DNA of 64,000 nucleotides from Dehalococcoidia bacterium (lineage in GTDB: Bacteria > Chloroflexota > Dehalococcoidia > Bin125): positions 448,001 through 512,000 of the forward strand of contig OY820591.1 of assembly GCA_963555985.3 (NCBI GenBank). The letters are read 5' to 3'. A program made the position numbers and the translations under genes. This document shows, one piece after another, positions 48,818 to 57,990 of the stretch. The notes beneath the pieces were generated by a model. The model searched no databases. It saw nothing but the letters and a program-made list of their open reading frames with translations, and was not told where the DNA came from. The stretch's first letter is position 1. Each line of letters begins with the position of its first letter.

Positions 48818-50086
48818 TCAGTCTGGCAACGCTTCGGCCACCGCGCCGCAGGCGATCAACTCCGCAATCTCGTCGTCTCCATATCCCAACTCGCCCAGCA
48901 CCTCTCGAAGGTGTTCGCCAAACGCCGGCGTCTCGGTCGCCGCCGTATAGCGACTCTCACTGAATTGCACCGGGGCCTGCGGCATCAGGACCGGCCCGAC
49001 TGCCGGGTGGTCGAAGCTGTGCACGTAGTCGTTCGCGCGGGCGTGCTCGCTGAGCATCGCCTCCTCAAGTGAACTCAGCAGCGCACAGGGCACTCCGGCC
49101 GCCTGCATCCGGTCGCGCATCTCTGCTCCGTCGTGCTTGAGCGCGACATTGCGAATCTGCTCTCGGATAGAGCGGAAGTGTTCGCGCGGGTCGTCGGGCA
49201 TCTCCCAGTCCGGATCATGCACGCTCGGATCCTCAATGCCCAATACCTCCAGCAGGCGCTCATAGGCCGCCTTCGATGAACCCAACGTGATCCAACGCCC
49301 ATCCCGCGTCTCGTAGAGTCCGCCAACGATCAGCGCGGTCTGCTCGCGCCGATACTGCGCGGCGTCGGTTGGGTGCGGCCGCTCCTGCGCCATCCAGTCG
49401 GCGAACTCTCGTTTCCAACCGTCGACCGCGTCGAACAGGTTGGCGGTCGCGTGTTGCAGCGAGAGTCCGGCCTGGTAGAGCGAGGTGCGTACGTGCTGTC
49501 CCTTGCCCGTGAATTCGCGCCGGTAGAGCGCTCCGGCGATGCCGAAGGACAACAGCGTGCCCGCGTGGAAGTCGCACAGGTAGGCGTCGAGGATTTGCGG
49601 CTCGTCGCCCTCGAAGTTGGCTGTTGACAGCGCCAGCCCCGACGCCGCAGCGGCTTGGAAGTCGGCGCCCAGGTGCATCCCGTAGGGGCCTTGCTCGCCC
49701 ATCGCGGAGATTTCGGCCACGATGATCCGCTCGTTTTCGGCGCTCAGCGATTCGTAGTCCAGACCTAAGCGCTTGAGCGCGCCGGGGCGCATATTCGAGA
49801 TCAGCACATCGCTGTCCAGCGCCAATTCGCGCGCTAGCGCTCGACCTCGCGGATGGCTGAGGTTGATCGGGACGCCGCGTTTGCCCCGCGCCTTGATGAT
49901 GTAATGGCGACCCTCGCCGTGGACGATGGCGCTATTGAATCGGGTGGCGTCGCCAGTGACGGGTTCAATCTTGATCACGTCGGCGCCGCCGTGGGCCAGC
50001 AGTTCGCTCGCGTACGGTCCGGCGACAAACAGTCCAAATTCGAGCACGCGCACGCCGGAGAAGATGCCGTCCGGCTCGCTCGTCAT
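48818..50086 (-). CDS. Family III (CaiB/BaiF) CoA transferase
   Basis: GVRVLEF..AGPYA..GADVIKIEP, NMRPG, candidate catalytic Asp in YLCDF, PAFGEH. Confidence 0.9.
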   Translation of the reverse strand: MTSEPDGIFSGVRVLEFGLFVAGPYASELLAHGGADVIKIEPVTGDATRFNSAIVHGEGRHYIIKARGKRGVPINLSHPRGRALARELALDSDVLISNMRPGALKRLGLDYESLSAENERIIVAEISAMGEQGPYGMHLGADFQAAAASGLALSTANFEGDEPQILDAYLCDFHAGTLLSFGIAGALYRREFTGKGQHVRTSLYQAGLSLQHATANLFDAVDGWKREFADWMAQERPHPTDAAQYRREQTALIVGGLYETRDGRWITLGSSKAAYERLLEVLGIEDPSVHDPDWEMPDDPREHFRSIREQIRNVALKHDGAEMRDRMQAAGVPCALLSSLEEAMLSEHARANDYVHSFDHPAVGPVLMPQAPVQFSESRYTAATETPAFGEHLREVLGELGYGDDEIAELIACGAVAEALPD

Positions 50087-50157
50087 CGCCTCGCTCCCAA
50101 CCTCTCTCAATGCTAACGAGCGCGCTCTCTCGGAAAGAACTGGCTACGATCAATCCC

Positions 50158-50904
50158 ATGACGACGCTCCAAGCTCCAGCGGACATCAACGCCGCCATTG
50201 ACAAGATGGTCGAGATCATCGTGCAAGGTTGGGATCCGTTGCAGATCGTCCTGTTCGGCTCCCGCGCCCGAGGCGACCACCACGAGGCCAGCGATGTCGA
50301 CCTGCTGGTCGTCCTCGACCAGTGTGAAGACCGCCACAAATCGAGTTCGGCGATCAGCGCCGCCCTGCCCAAGCTGGGGATACCGACCGACGTCATCGTG
50401 ACCACGCCCGCGCTCTTCCTCAAGCGCGCTTGTCTGGTCGGCGCGGTCGAGCGCAAAGCCCTAATCGACGGTCGCATACTCTACGTGCGGGGAGGCGGCG
50501 ATCCGGTGATCGAGGAAGCCCTGCACCAGCTTCGACTGGCATTGGAAGACTTGGGTGCCGCTGAGTTCCTAATGAGCATTGAGAGCCAACCGCCGCGCCA
50601 GCCTTGTTTCCTCGCGCAACAGGCCGCCCAGAAATCGCTCAAAGCGGCCCTCGAACTGGAGCGCAACGATTACCCCCACTTCAACCGGCTCGACAATCTG
50701 CTCCCGCAGTTGCCGCCGGCTTGGCCCGTACACCACCTTCAGGTCAATCTCAAACGACTCAATGCCTTGATCGTTGACGCCAGCTATCGAGACGTCGCCA
50801 AGCTACCCACCAGCGCCGAGGCCGCCGTCGCTGTCTCGGACGCCCGCCTGGTCGTCGAGGCCATCGCCGATGAGTTCCAGCGCCGGGGCCTCGAACTCCC
50901 CTAG
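50158..50904 (+). CDS. Minimal nucleotidyltransferase (MNT)-HEPN fusion protein
   Basis: LFGSRARGD..SDVDLLVV (MNT) followed by CFLAQQAAQKSLKAAL (HEPN helix). The start is uncertain (50110 or 50158). Confidence 0.8.
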   Translation: MTTLQAPADINAAIDKMVEIIVQGWDPLQIVLFGSRARGDHHEASDVDLLVVLDQCEDRHKSSSAISAALPKLGIPTDVIVTTPALFLKRACLVGAVERKALIDGRILYVRGGGDPVIEEALHQLRLALEDLGAAEFLMSIESQPPRQPCFLAQQAAQKSLKAALELERNDYPHFNRLDNLLPQLPPAWPVHHLQVNLKRLNALIVDASYRDVAKLPTSAEAAVAVSDARLVVEAIADEFQRRGLELP

Positions 50905-50999
50905 CCGCCCCGGATCGTCCCGCTACCGCGACGCGTCGCCGTCCGTCGTCCTATCTTCTCCGAACCGCGTATGACTGGGCTCAGGATCAGGAGTGGCAG

Positions 51000-53276
51000 A
51001 TGTCCGTACAAGAAGAATTCGGCGGAGTGATTGGGCGCACCTTCCGCGACTCCGAACCGTGGTGGCCGCCGCTGCCGACTGCGCCGCAGGATCGCCCCAA
51101 CGTGGTGATCATCCTCTTTGACGACACCGGCTTCTCGCACTTGGGCTGCTACGGCTCGACGATCGCCACACCGAACATCGACCGTCTCGCCGCCAACGGT
51201 CTGCGCTTCACCAACTTTCACGTCACCGCGCTCTGCTCCCCCACTCGCGCCTCTCTGCTGACCGGACGCAATCACCACACGGTCGGGATGCGCTCGATCG
51301 CCAGCTATGACCCCGGTTTCCCGAACATGCGCGGCGCGGTGAGCAGGAACGCGGCGACGATGGCTGAGATGCTGCGCGACGAGCACTACGCCACCTTTGC
51401 CGTGGGCAAGTGGCACCTCAATCCCTCCGAGACCTGCTCGCAGGCCGGCCCCTTCCACGATTGGCCGCTCCAGCGCGGCTTCGACCGCTACTACGGCTTC
51501 CTCTCCGGCGAGACCGATCAGTTTTACCCCGACCTGGTCTATGACAATCACCTGATTGATCCGCCGCGCACACCGGAGGAGGGCTACCACTTCAGCGAAG
51601 ACATCGTGGATCAGGCAACCGGATTCCTGCGCGACCACCAGTCGGTCTATCCGGGTCAACCCTTCTTCCTCTACTTCGCGCTTGGCGCGACGCACTCGCC
51701 GCATCAAGCTCCGCAGGAGTACATCGAGCGCTATCGGGGCAAGTTCGATCAGGGCTGGGACGAGGTGCGGAAGGAATGGTTTGCGCGGCAGCTCGAGCTG
51801 GGCGTGATCCCCGAGGGCACCGAGCTTGCGCCGCGCAATCCGGGCGTCAAGGCTTGGGACGAGCTTTCGCCCAACACGCAACGGTTTTTCGCCGCCTTCC
51901 AAGAGGCCTTCGCCGGCTTTCTCACGCACACCGATGAGCAGATCGGACGGCTGATCGGCTATCTCGAGGACTCGGGACAGCTCGACCACACGATCCTGAT
52001 GCTGATGGCTGACAACGGGGCGAGCCAGGAGGGCGGGCCGCAGGGCGTCTCCGACTCGGCCCGCTACGGGCAGCCGCTCTGGGATGACATCGACGAAGCG
52101 CAGTCGCGCCTCCACCTGATCGGCGGGCCGCGCAGTTCGCCCAACTATCCCTGGGGCTGGGCCCAGGCCGGCAACACGCCGCTGAAGTGGTACAAGCAGA
52201 ACACCCACGGCGGCGGGGTGCGGGTGCCGCTGATTGTGCACTGGCCCGACCGGATTCAGGATGGCGGCAGCTTCCGCCGGCAGTTCCACCACGTCAGCGA
52301 CGTATTGTCGACGGTGCTTGAGGCGGTCCAAGCGACGGCTCCGGACGAGTACGCCGGCCACCGGCAGTTGCCGGTGAGCGGTACCAGCTTCGCCTACGCC
52401 CTTGACGACGGGGACGCGGAGACGGCCAAGGAGGCGCAGTACTTCGAGATGCTCGGGCATCGCGGGATCTGGGTGGACGGCTGGAAGGCGGTCACGCGGC
52501 ACGAGAAGAACGACCCCTGGGGCGACGACGAGTGGGAGTTGTACCACGTCGCCGAGGACTTTTCGGAGTCGCGCAATCTCGCGGCCGAGCAGCCTGAGCG
52601 TCTGCGCCAGCTGATCGACCGCTGGTGGGTCGAGGCGGGACGCTACGGCGTGCTCCCGCTTGACGACCGCAGCTTCCAACTCGGCGGGCCGTCGCAGCGA
52701 GCGGGAGGGCCGCACAACGGTCTGAGCTACCGCTACACACCGCCGGTCTCGCACTTGCCCGGCGAGATCGCGCCTGCGATTGGCCTCGGTTCGTGGACGC
52801 TTGAGGCGGAGATCGAGCGCGACGGCTTGGGCGACGGAGTGATCTTCGCGCGCGGCTCGATCATGGGCGGACTGAGCCTCTACATCCAGGACAACCGCCT
52901 TCACTTCGACTACAACGCCTTTACCGAGATCACCCAGATCGTCTCGGAGGGCGAACTGCCGGACGGCCGCTGCACGATCGGTCTGCGTATGGACGGCGAA
53001 GCGCCTTCCGCGCCTGGCTACGTCACGCTCTCGCTCAACAGCGAGACCATCGCCGAAGGGGGCGTTCCTTTCCTCGTTCGGGGAGGCTTCGGCGGCCGCG
53101 GCGGAGCCGATATTGGCTCTGATCGCAAGTCGCCGGTGACCGATTCCTACGAAGCGCCGTTTGAGTTCGAGGGTGCGATTCACGAACTCCAGGTCGTCGT
53201 CACGCCCTATCCCAAGTCCGGAGCCGCTTACGAGGCGGCGCGCAACGCCTTCCGCGAACTCATGGCCCAGCAGTAA
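51000..53276 (+). CDS. Arylsulfatase (Cys-type, no signal peptide)
   Basis: PNVVIILFDD, CSPTRASLLTGR, GKWHL, HSPHQ, ADNG. Confidence 0.93.
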   Translation: MSVQEEFGGVIGRTFRDSEPWWPPLPTAPQDRPNVVIILFDDTGFSHLGCYGSTIATPNIDRLAANGLRFTNFHVTALCSPTRASLLTGRNHHTVGMRSIASYDPGFPNMRGAVSRNAATMAEMLRDEHYATFAVGKWHLNPSETCSQAGPFHDWPLQRGFDRYYGFLSGETDQFYPDLVYDNHLIDPPRTPEEGYHFSEDIVDQATGFLRDHQSVYPGQPFFLYFALGATHSPHQAPQEYIERYRGKFDQGWDEVRKEWFARQLELGVIPEGTELAPRNPGVKAWDELSPNTQRFFAAFQEAFAGFLTHTDEQIGRLIGYLEDSGQLDHTILMLMADNGASQEGGPQGVSDSARYGQPLWDDIDEAQSRLHLIGGPRSSPNYPWGWAQAGNTPLKWYKQNTHGGGVRVPLIVHWPDRIQDGGSFRRQFHHVSDVLSTVLEAVQATAPDEYAGHRQLPVSGTSFAYALDDGDAETAKEAQYFEMLGHRGIWVDGWKAVTRHEKNDPWGDDEWELYHVAEDFSESRNLAAEQPERLRQLIDRWWVEAGRYGVLPLDDRSFQLGGPSQRAGGPHNGLSYRYTPPVSHLPGEIAPAIGLGSWTLEAEIERDGLGDGVIFARGSIMGGLSLYIQDNRLHFDYNAFTEITQIVSEGELPDGRCTIGLRMDGEAPSAPGYVTLSLNSETIAEGGVPFLVRGGFGGRGGADIGSDRKSPVTDSYEAPFEFEGAIHELQVVVTPYPKSGAAYEAARNAFRELMAQQ

Positions 53277-53279
53277 GTC

Positions 53280-53358
53280 GCAGCAGCCGTTCGCATGAGC
53301 GGCTGTTGCGCTGCCTGCCGCTTCGATGCTCTCTCCCCTGAGGTGCGGGAGGAGAGAG
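53280..53358. terminator. Hairpins between convergent genes (possible terminator)
   Basis: 13-bp stem GCAGCAGCCGTTC/GAGCGGCTGTTGC with two G-U pairs, plus a CTCTCTCC/GGAGAGAG-type stem. No U-tract. Confidence 0.35.
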
Positions 53359-53369
53359 GAGTGACGGAA

Positions 53370-54314
53370 TCAGTCGAAGGTGATCACGAAGCGGCCGCGG
53401 TGGCCTCCTTGCTTGAAGAGGCGGTGGGTTTCTGAGGCTTGTTCGGCGGGGTAGGTGGAGTTGACGCGGAGGGTGACCTGGCCGTCCTCGACTTGCTGGC
53501 GAAGGGTGTCGAGCAGGTCGGCGCGGCGATCGTAGGTGAAGACCATCGTGACGTGGAAGTTGATGTCGCGCTGGGGTTCTCCGCGCCAGCCGCGGACGCT
53601 GGCGTAGTGGCCGCCGTCCTTGATTGCGCCGACCGCGAGCTGGTTCTGGACGGCTCCGTCGGCGAGCCCGTCGACGCCCTCGGGGATGACTTTGCGGATC
53701 TGCTCGGAGATGTCGTCGCCGCGCGGGACGACGATGTCTGCGCCGAGGTCTTTGACCAGCTGGACGTCCTTCTCGGAGGCGTCGCCGATCACGGTGAGGC
53801 CGTCGGCCTTGCCCAGTTCGACCATGTAGCCGCCGTAGCAGCCGGCGGCGCCGGTGACGGCGAGGGTCTGGCCGGGTTGGAGGCCCATCTGGTCGAGCGA
53901 TTGGCGGGCGGTGAGGGCGTTCATCGGCAGAGTCGAGGCCTCGGCGTGGCTCGCGCCGGCGGGAGCGCGGGTGACGGCGTCGGCCTTGAGCACGATGCTC
54001 TCGCGGTAGGCGCCGTGGCTGCCGCGCGGGATGACCATGGCCATGACTGCATCGCCGACCTGGAGGCCGGTTTCGGTGTCGGGGCCGACCTCGTCGATGA
54101 CGCCGGCGGCGTCCATGCCGGGGATGTAGGGCGGCGGGCCGGACTCGCGCAGGGCCTCGGCGCGGGCGCCGCCGCGAATGAAGGTGTCGGTGGGGTTGAC
54201 GGTGGCGGCGTGGACGCGCAGGCGGACCTCGCCGGGTCCGGCGTGGACTTCGGGCAGGTCGACGACCTGTAGCGCTTCGGGTCCGCCGAATTCGATTACT
54301 CCTACGCCGCGCAT
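53370..54314 (-). CDS. NADP-dependent MDR-family (quinone) oxidoreductase
   Basis: MRGVGVIEFGGPEAL, VNPTD, PGMDAAGVI, VTGAAG. AAGGAG RBS. The longer 515-aa ORF runs through repeat DNA. Confidence 0.9.
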   Translation of the reverse strand: MRGVGVIEFGGPEALQVVDLPEVHAGPGEVRLRVHAATVNPTDTFIRGGARAEALRESGPPPYIPGMDAAGVIDEVGPDTETGLQVGDAVMAMVIPRGSHGAYRESIVLKADAVTRAPAGASHAEASTLPMNALTARQSLDQMGLQPGQTLAVTGAAGCYGGYMVELGKADGLTVIGDASEKDVQLVKDLGADIVVPRGDDISEQIRKVIPEGVDGLADGAVQNQLAVGAIKDGGHYASVRGWRGEPQRDINFHVTMVFTYDRRADLLDTLRQQVEDGQVTLRVNSTYPAEQASETHRLFKQGGHRGRFVITFD

Positions 54315-54406
54315 GGTCTGCTCCTTGTGCTTGGGGAATCTGGTGAGGTCAGAGTAGAGGCTGTTCGGTTTGTTCGGCTGTGTTCGATTGCGTTTGGCGC
54401 CGGGAT

Positions 54407-54793
54407 GTCGGCGCAGGACGCGGCGAGATTCCCGCGGCGAGCGCGGGAATGACGGAGATGGGCGGTGGAAAGTCGAAAAACTTTTTGGGCGATCCAGTTT
54501 GGAAGCCCAGTGTTTTGCGGGAGATCGTGCGGTTGGGGTGGAAGGTGGCGGAAAGTCCTGGATGGTCGAAAGCGTTCGGTTGTGTTCGATTCCGTTCGGC
54601 GTCGGTGCAGGACGCGGCGAGATTCCCGCGGCGAGCGCGGGAATGACGGAGATGGGCGGTGGAAAGTCGAAAAAACTTTTTGGGCGATCTGGTGCGGAAA
54701 TCCAGTGTTTTGCGGGAGATCGTGCGGTTGGGGTGGAAGGTGGTGGAAGGTTCTGGATGGTCGAAGGTGGTCGATTTTGTTCGATTCCGTTCG
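54407..54793. repeat. About 194-bp tandem duplication containing a REP palindrome and 10-bp periodic units (element C)
   Basis: Units start at 54407 and 54601 (GTCGG(C/T)GCAGGACGCGGCGAGATTCCCGCGGCGAGCGCGGGAATGACGG...). A partial third unit lies at 54372-54399. Confidence 0.9.
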
Positions 54794-54910
54794 ATTTCGT
54801 GCGGTCTCGTTCGGTGTCGTTTGAGTCTGGTGCGTTGGGGTCGGGAGCGGTCGCTGGCAGTTGGCTGCGACGGGTGAGCGGGCATGAGACGGCTCCGGAT
54901 TCAGGTGTCA

Positions 54911-54945
54911 CGTACAAATGTACTGTGTAGATCGCGATCGGTCAA
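54911..54945 (-). promoter_or_regulatory. Putative promoter with a LexA-like box over the -10
   Basis: Minus strand TTGACC-N17-TACATT. CGTAC-AAAT-GTACT at 54911-24. Confidence 0.55.
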
Positions 54946-54964
54946 GCAGGTTCCCGTGTGAAGG

Positions 54965-55231
54965 AGACGTTTGCAACAGTCGGAGTTCTCCGTCATTGCC
55001 GCGCTTCGACGCGGCAATCTCGCTGTCTGAGCGACGACGGTGCAGATAACAGCGAGTGATCCCCGCCTTCGCGGGGACAGGCTCCGCGGCAAGCGCGAGT
55101 ATGACGGAGTGGGGAAAGGGAGTGGTCGCCCGCGTGCAGCGAGGACTGGGATGTGCGTTGGGGTACTCCCTTTGCCCTCACCCTAGCCCTCTCCCAGAGG
55201 GAGAGGGAACAGCTGGATTTTGCAAACGTCT
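54965..55231. mobile_element. MITE-like element containing several palindromic units
   Basis: Perfect 12-bp inverted ends AGACGTTTGCAA/TTGCAAACGTCT. Internal hairpins GTCATTGCCGCG..CGCGGCAATC, TCCCCGCCTTCGCGGGGA and CCCTCTCCCAGAGGGAGAGGG. Degenerate extra ends extend to about 55316. Confidence 0.65.
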
Positions 55232-55336
55232 GCCTGCGCGGGAATGACGGATTTTGAGATTACGCGCAGGTCTCCTCTCAAGGGGGAGATCGATGAGAGT
55301 TTATGCACAAGTCTCCCGAAGGGCGGCATTGAGCGT

Positions 55337-57610
55337 TTATTGGCGGGCCATGGTCTGGCGCTGGCGCGCGGCTTGGGCGTGGAAGGCGGCTTCGCCTTTG
55401 TAGGGCGTGACCTCGATGTCGACGGTGTGGATTTGGCCCTCAAACGCGAAGGGGGGGGCGTAGTTGTCGCCGACGGGTGAGCGCTTGTCGGCGCCGATGT
55501 CGAACTCGCCGTGGGCGAAGAGGATGCGTCTTTGCAGGACTGCGACCTCGCCGGTTGCGACCTCTTGGCCGTCGATCGTCAGCGTCAGCTGGGCGGGTCC
55601 GTTGTAGGACTCGCTTTGCAGGGATACACCGAGGACGAAATCTCCGACCGGTACGGGTACTTCGGACTTGATCCGGGCCCAGTCGTCGTAGGCGTGGTAG
55701 TCGAAGTGGAGGCGGTTGTCCTTGATGTAGCAGGTGACGCCGGTGAGGATGGAGCCGCGGTTGAAGATCACGCCCTGCTGCTCGCTGGAGGATCTTGAGA
55801 TGGACGCTTCGAGCGTCCAACTGCCCAGATCGAGGGCCGGCGATGTCTCAACCGGCATGTGAGCGATTGGCGGGGTGTAGTGATAGCGGAGTCCCGCGTG
55901 GGGCGCGCCGGGGAGTTGGGAGGGTTGATTGATCTCGATCGTGCGGTCGTCGAGCGGGAGGACGCCGTGGCGTCCCGCCTCGATCCACCAGCGATCGATC
56001 AGGGTTCGCAGCCGCTCGGGTTCCTGTGCGGCCAGATTGTTGGTTTCGGAGAAGTCCTCGTCGACGTGATAGAGCTCCCACTCGTCGTCGGACCATTCGG
56101 TTCCGCGCCGATGCCAGGTCACGGCTTTCCAGCCGTCTACCCAGATGCCGCGGTGTCCGAACATCTCGAAGTACTGGGCTTCTTTCGGGGTTTCCGCCTC
56201 AGCGTCTGCGAATGCGTAGCTGAAGCTGGCGCCGGCGATGGGGATTTGGGTTTCGCCGCGCACGCTGGACGGGGCTTCGACGGCCAGGGTCTCCAGGACG
56301 GTTGGCAGCACGTCGGTGACGTGGTGGAACTGTCCACGAATCGCGCCGCGTTGGGCGATGCCCTCCGGCCAGTGGACGATCAGGGGGACGCGCACGCCGC
56401 CGCCGTGGGTGTTCTGCTTGTACCAGCGCAGCGGCGTGTTTCCGGCCTGGGCCCAGCCCCAGGGATAGTTTGAGTCCGAGCGTGGGCCGCCGATCTCGTG
56501 CAGGCGTGATTGGACTTCATCGAGGTCGTCTAGCGGTCCGAAGACTCGCGGCTCGTCGGAGACGCCACGTGGTCCGCCCTCCTGCGAGGCGCCGTTGTCG
56601 GCGAGCAGCATGACGATCGTGTTGTCCAGTTGGCCCGAGGACTCCAGGTACGAGAAGAGTCGACCAAGCTGTGCGTCGGTGTGTTCGAGGAATCCGGCGA
56701 ATGCTTCTTGCAACGCGAGCGCGAAGTTGCGGGCGTGATCGGACATGTCCTCCCAGGCTTCGACGCCTCGGTTGCGCGGCGCGAGTTGCGTGCCTTGGGG
56801 CACGATGCCCATCTCTTGCTGGCGGGCGAACCATTGCTCGCGGATCGTGTCCCAGCCGGCATCGAACTTGCCGCGATAGCGCTCGATGTACTCCTGCGGG
56901 GCCTGGTGCGGGGCATGGGTCGCGCCCAGCGCGAAGTAGAGGAAGAAGGGTTGGCCGGGATAGATCGACTGATGATCGCGCAGGAATCCGGTGGCGTGGT
57001 CGACGAGGTCCTCGGTCAAGTGATAGCCCTGCTCTGGGCGTCGCGGCGGATCGATCAGGTGATTGTCGTAGCAGAGTTCGGGATAGAACTGGTCGGTCTC
57101 GCCGGAGAGGAAGCCGTAGTAGCGGTCGAAGCCGCGTTGCAGCGGCCAGTTGTCGAACGGTCCGGCCTGGCCCATCGCGTCGACGGGACAGAGGTGCCAC
57201 TTGCCGATTGCGAAGGTCGCGTAGTTTTCCTCGGAGAGGATTTCCGCCATGGTCGCGGCGCTGCGCGGGATCTGGCCGCGCATGTTCGGGAAGCCGGGGT
57301 CGAATTGGGTGACGGAGCGCATGCCGACGGTGTGATGGTTGCGTCCGGTGAGGAGCGAGGCGCGGGTCGGAGAGCAGAGCGGGGTGACGTGGAAGTTGGT
57401 GAAGCGCAGACCGTTGGCGGCGAGTCGGTTGATGTTGGGCGTTTCGATGGTGGAGCCGTAGCAGTTGAGGTGGGCGAAGCCGAGGTCGTCGAAGAGGATG
57501 ATGAGGACGTTGGGGCGGTCTTGCGGTGCGGTCGGAAGCGGCGGCCACCAGGGTTCGGAGTCGCGGAAGGTGCGGCCGATCTTGCCCTGGAAGTGGTCGT
57601 GATTCGTCAT
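55337..57610 (-). CDS. Arylsulfatase (Cys-type), paralog of 51000-53276
   Basis: CSPTRASLLTGR, GKWHL, and the same N-terminus IGRTFRDSEPWWPPLPTAPQDRPNV. Confidence 0.93.
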   Translation of the reverse strand: MTNHDHFQGKIGRTFRDSEPWWPPLPTAPQDRPNVLIILFDDLGFAHLNCYGSTIETPNINRLAANGLRFTNFHVTPLCSPTRASLLTGRNHHTVGMRSVTQFDPGFPNMRGQIPRSAATMAEILSEENYATFAIGKWHLCPVDAMGQAGPFDNWPLQRGFDRYYGFLSGETDQFYPELCYDNHLIDPPRRPEQGYHLTEDLVDHATGFLRDHQSIYPGQPFFLYFALGATHAPHQAPQEYIERYRGKFDAGWDTIREQWFARQQEMGIVPQGTQLAPRNRGVEAWEDMSDHARNFALALQEAFAGFLEHTDAQLGRLFSYLESSGQLDNTIVMLLADNGASQEGGPRGVSDEPRVFGPLDDLDEVQSRLHEIGGPRSDSNYPWGWAQAGNTPLRWYKQNTHGGGVRVPLIVHWPEGIAQRGAIRGQFHHVTDVLPTVLETLAVEAPSSVRGETQIPIAGASFSYAFADAEAETPKEAQYFEMFGHRGIWVDGWKAVTWHRRGTEWSDDEWELYHVDEDFSETNNLAAQEPERLRTLIDRWWIEAGRHGVLPLDDRTIEINQPSQLPGAPHAGLRYHYTPPIAHMPVETSPALDLGSWTLEASISRSSSEQQGVIFNRGSILTGVTCYIKDNRLHFDYHAYDDWARIKSEVPVPVGDFVLGVSLQSESYNGPAQLTLTIDGQEVATGEVAVLQRRILFAHGEFDIGADKRSPVGDNYAPPFAFEGQIHTVDIEVTPYKGEAAFHAQAARQRQTMARQ

Positions 57611-57687
57611 CGTTGACTCTCCTACACGTCGTGATCCTCAGCAGGAGAATAGCCGAGCGCCATCGGCATTCCTGATATGGTGGGTGC

Positions 57688-57990
57688 ATGACAACGCCAC
57701 GAATCTCCCGCCCCAAACTGATTCCCAAGGAAGCCCTGAAGATCGATCCGGAGCGGCTCGACCGCGCCATCGAGTCGATGAAGCGCAACGAAGCCTATTT
57801 CCGGGAGCACATGGAGGAGCTGTTCGAGCAGTGCCCGGAGGGTTGGATCCTGATCTACGGCGACCAGCAGGTGGAGATGTTCGAGGATCCCATCGCCGTC
57901 GCGAAACGACGCTGGAGCTTGAGCGAGGCGGACCGAGATGGCGCGATCATGAGGCATCAGTGGTCGGGGACCCGGATCCGGATCTTGTGA
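57688..57990 (+). CDS. Small hypothetical protein (DUF5678-like)
   Basis: NEAYFREHMEELFEQCPEGWILIYGDQ resembles the DUF5678 pattern. Translationally coupled to the downstream protease. Confidence 0.65.
   Translation: MTTPRISRPKLIPKEALKIDPERLDRAIESMKRNEAYFREHMEELFEQCPEGWILIYGDQQVEMFEDPIAVAKRRWSLSEADRDGAIMRHQWSGTRIRIL

Noticed and set aside
53370-54917. 515-aa oxidoreductase with a long N-terminal extension
   Set aside because: The extension is translated repeat DNA, and a good RBS precedes ATG 54314.
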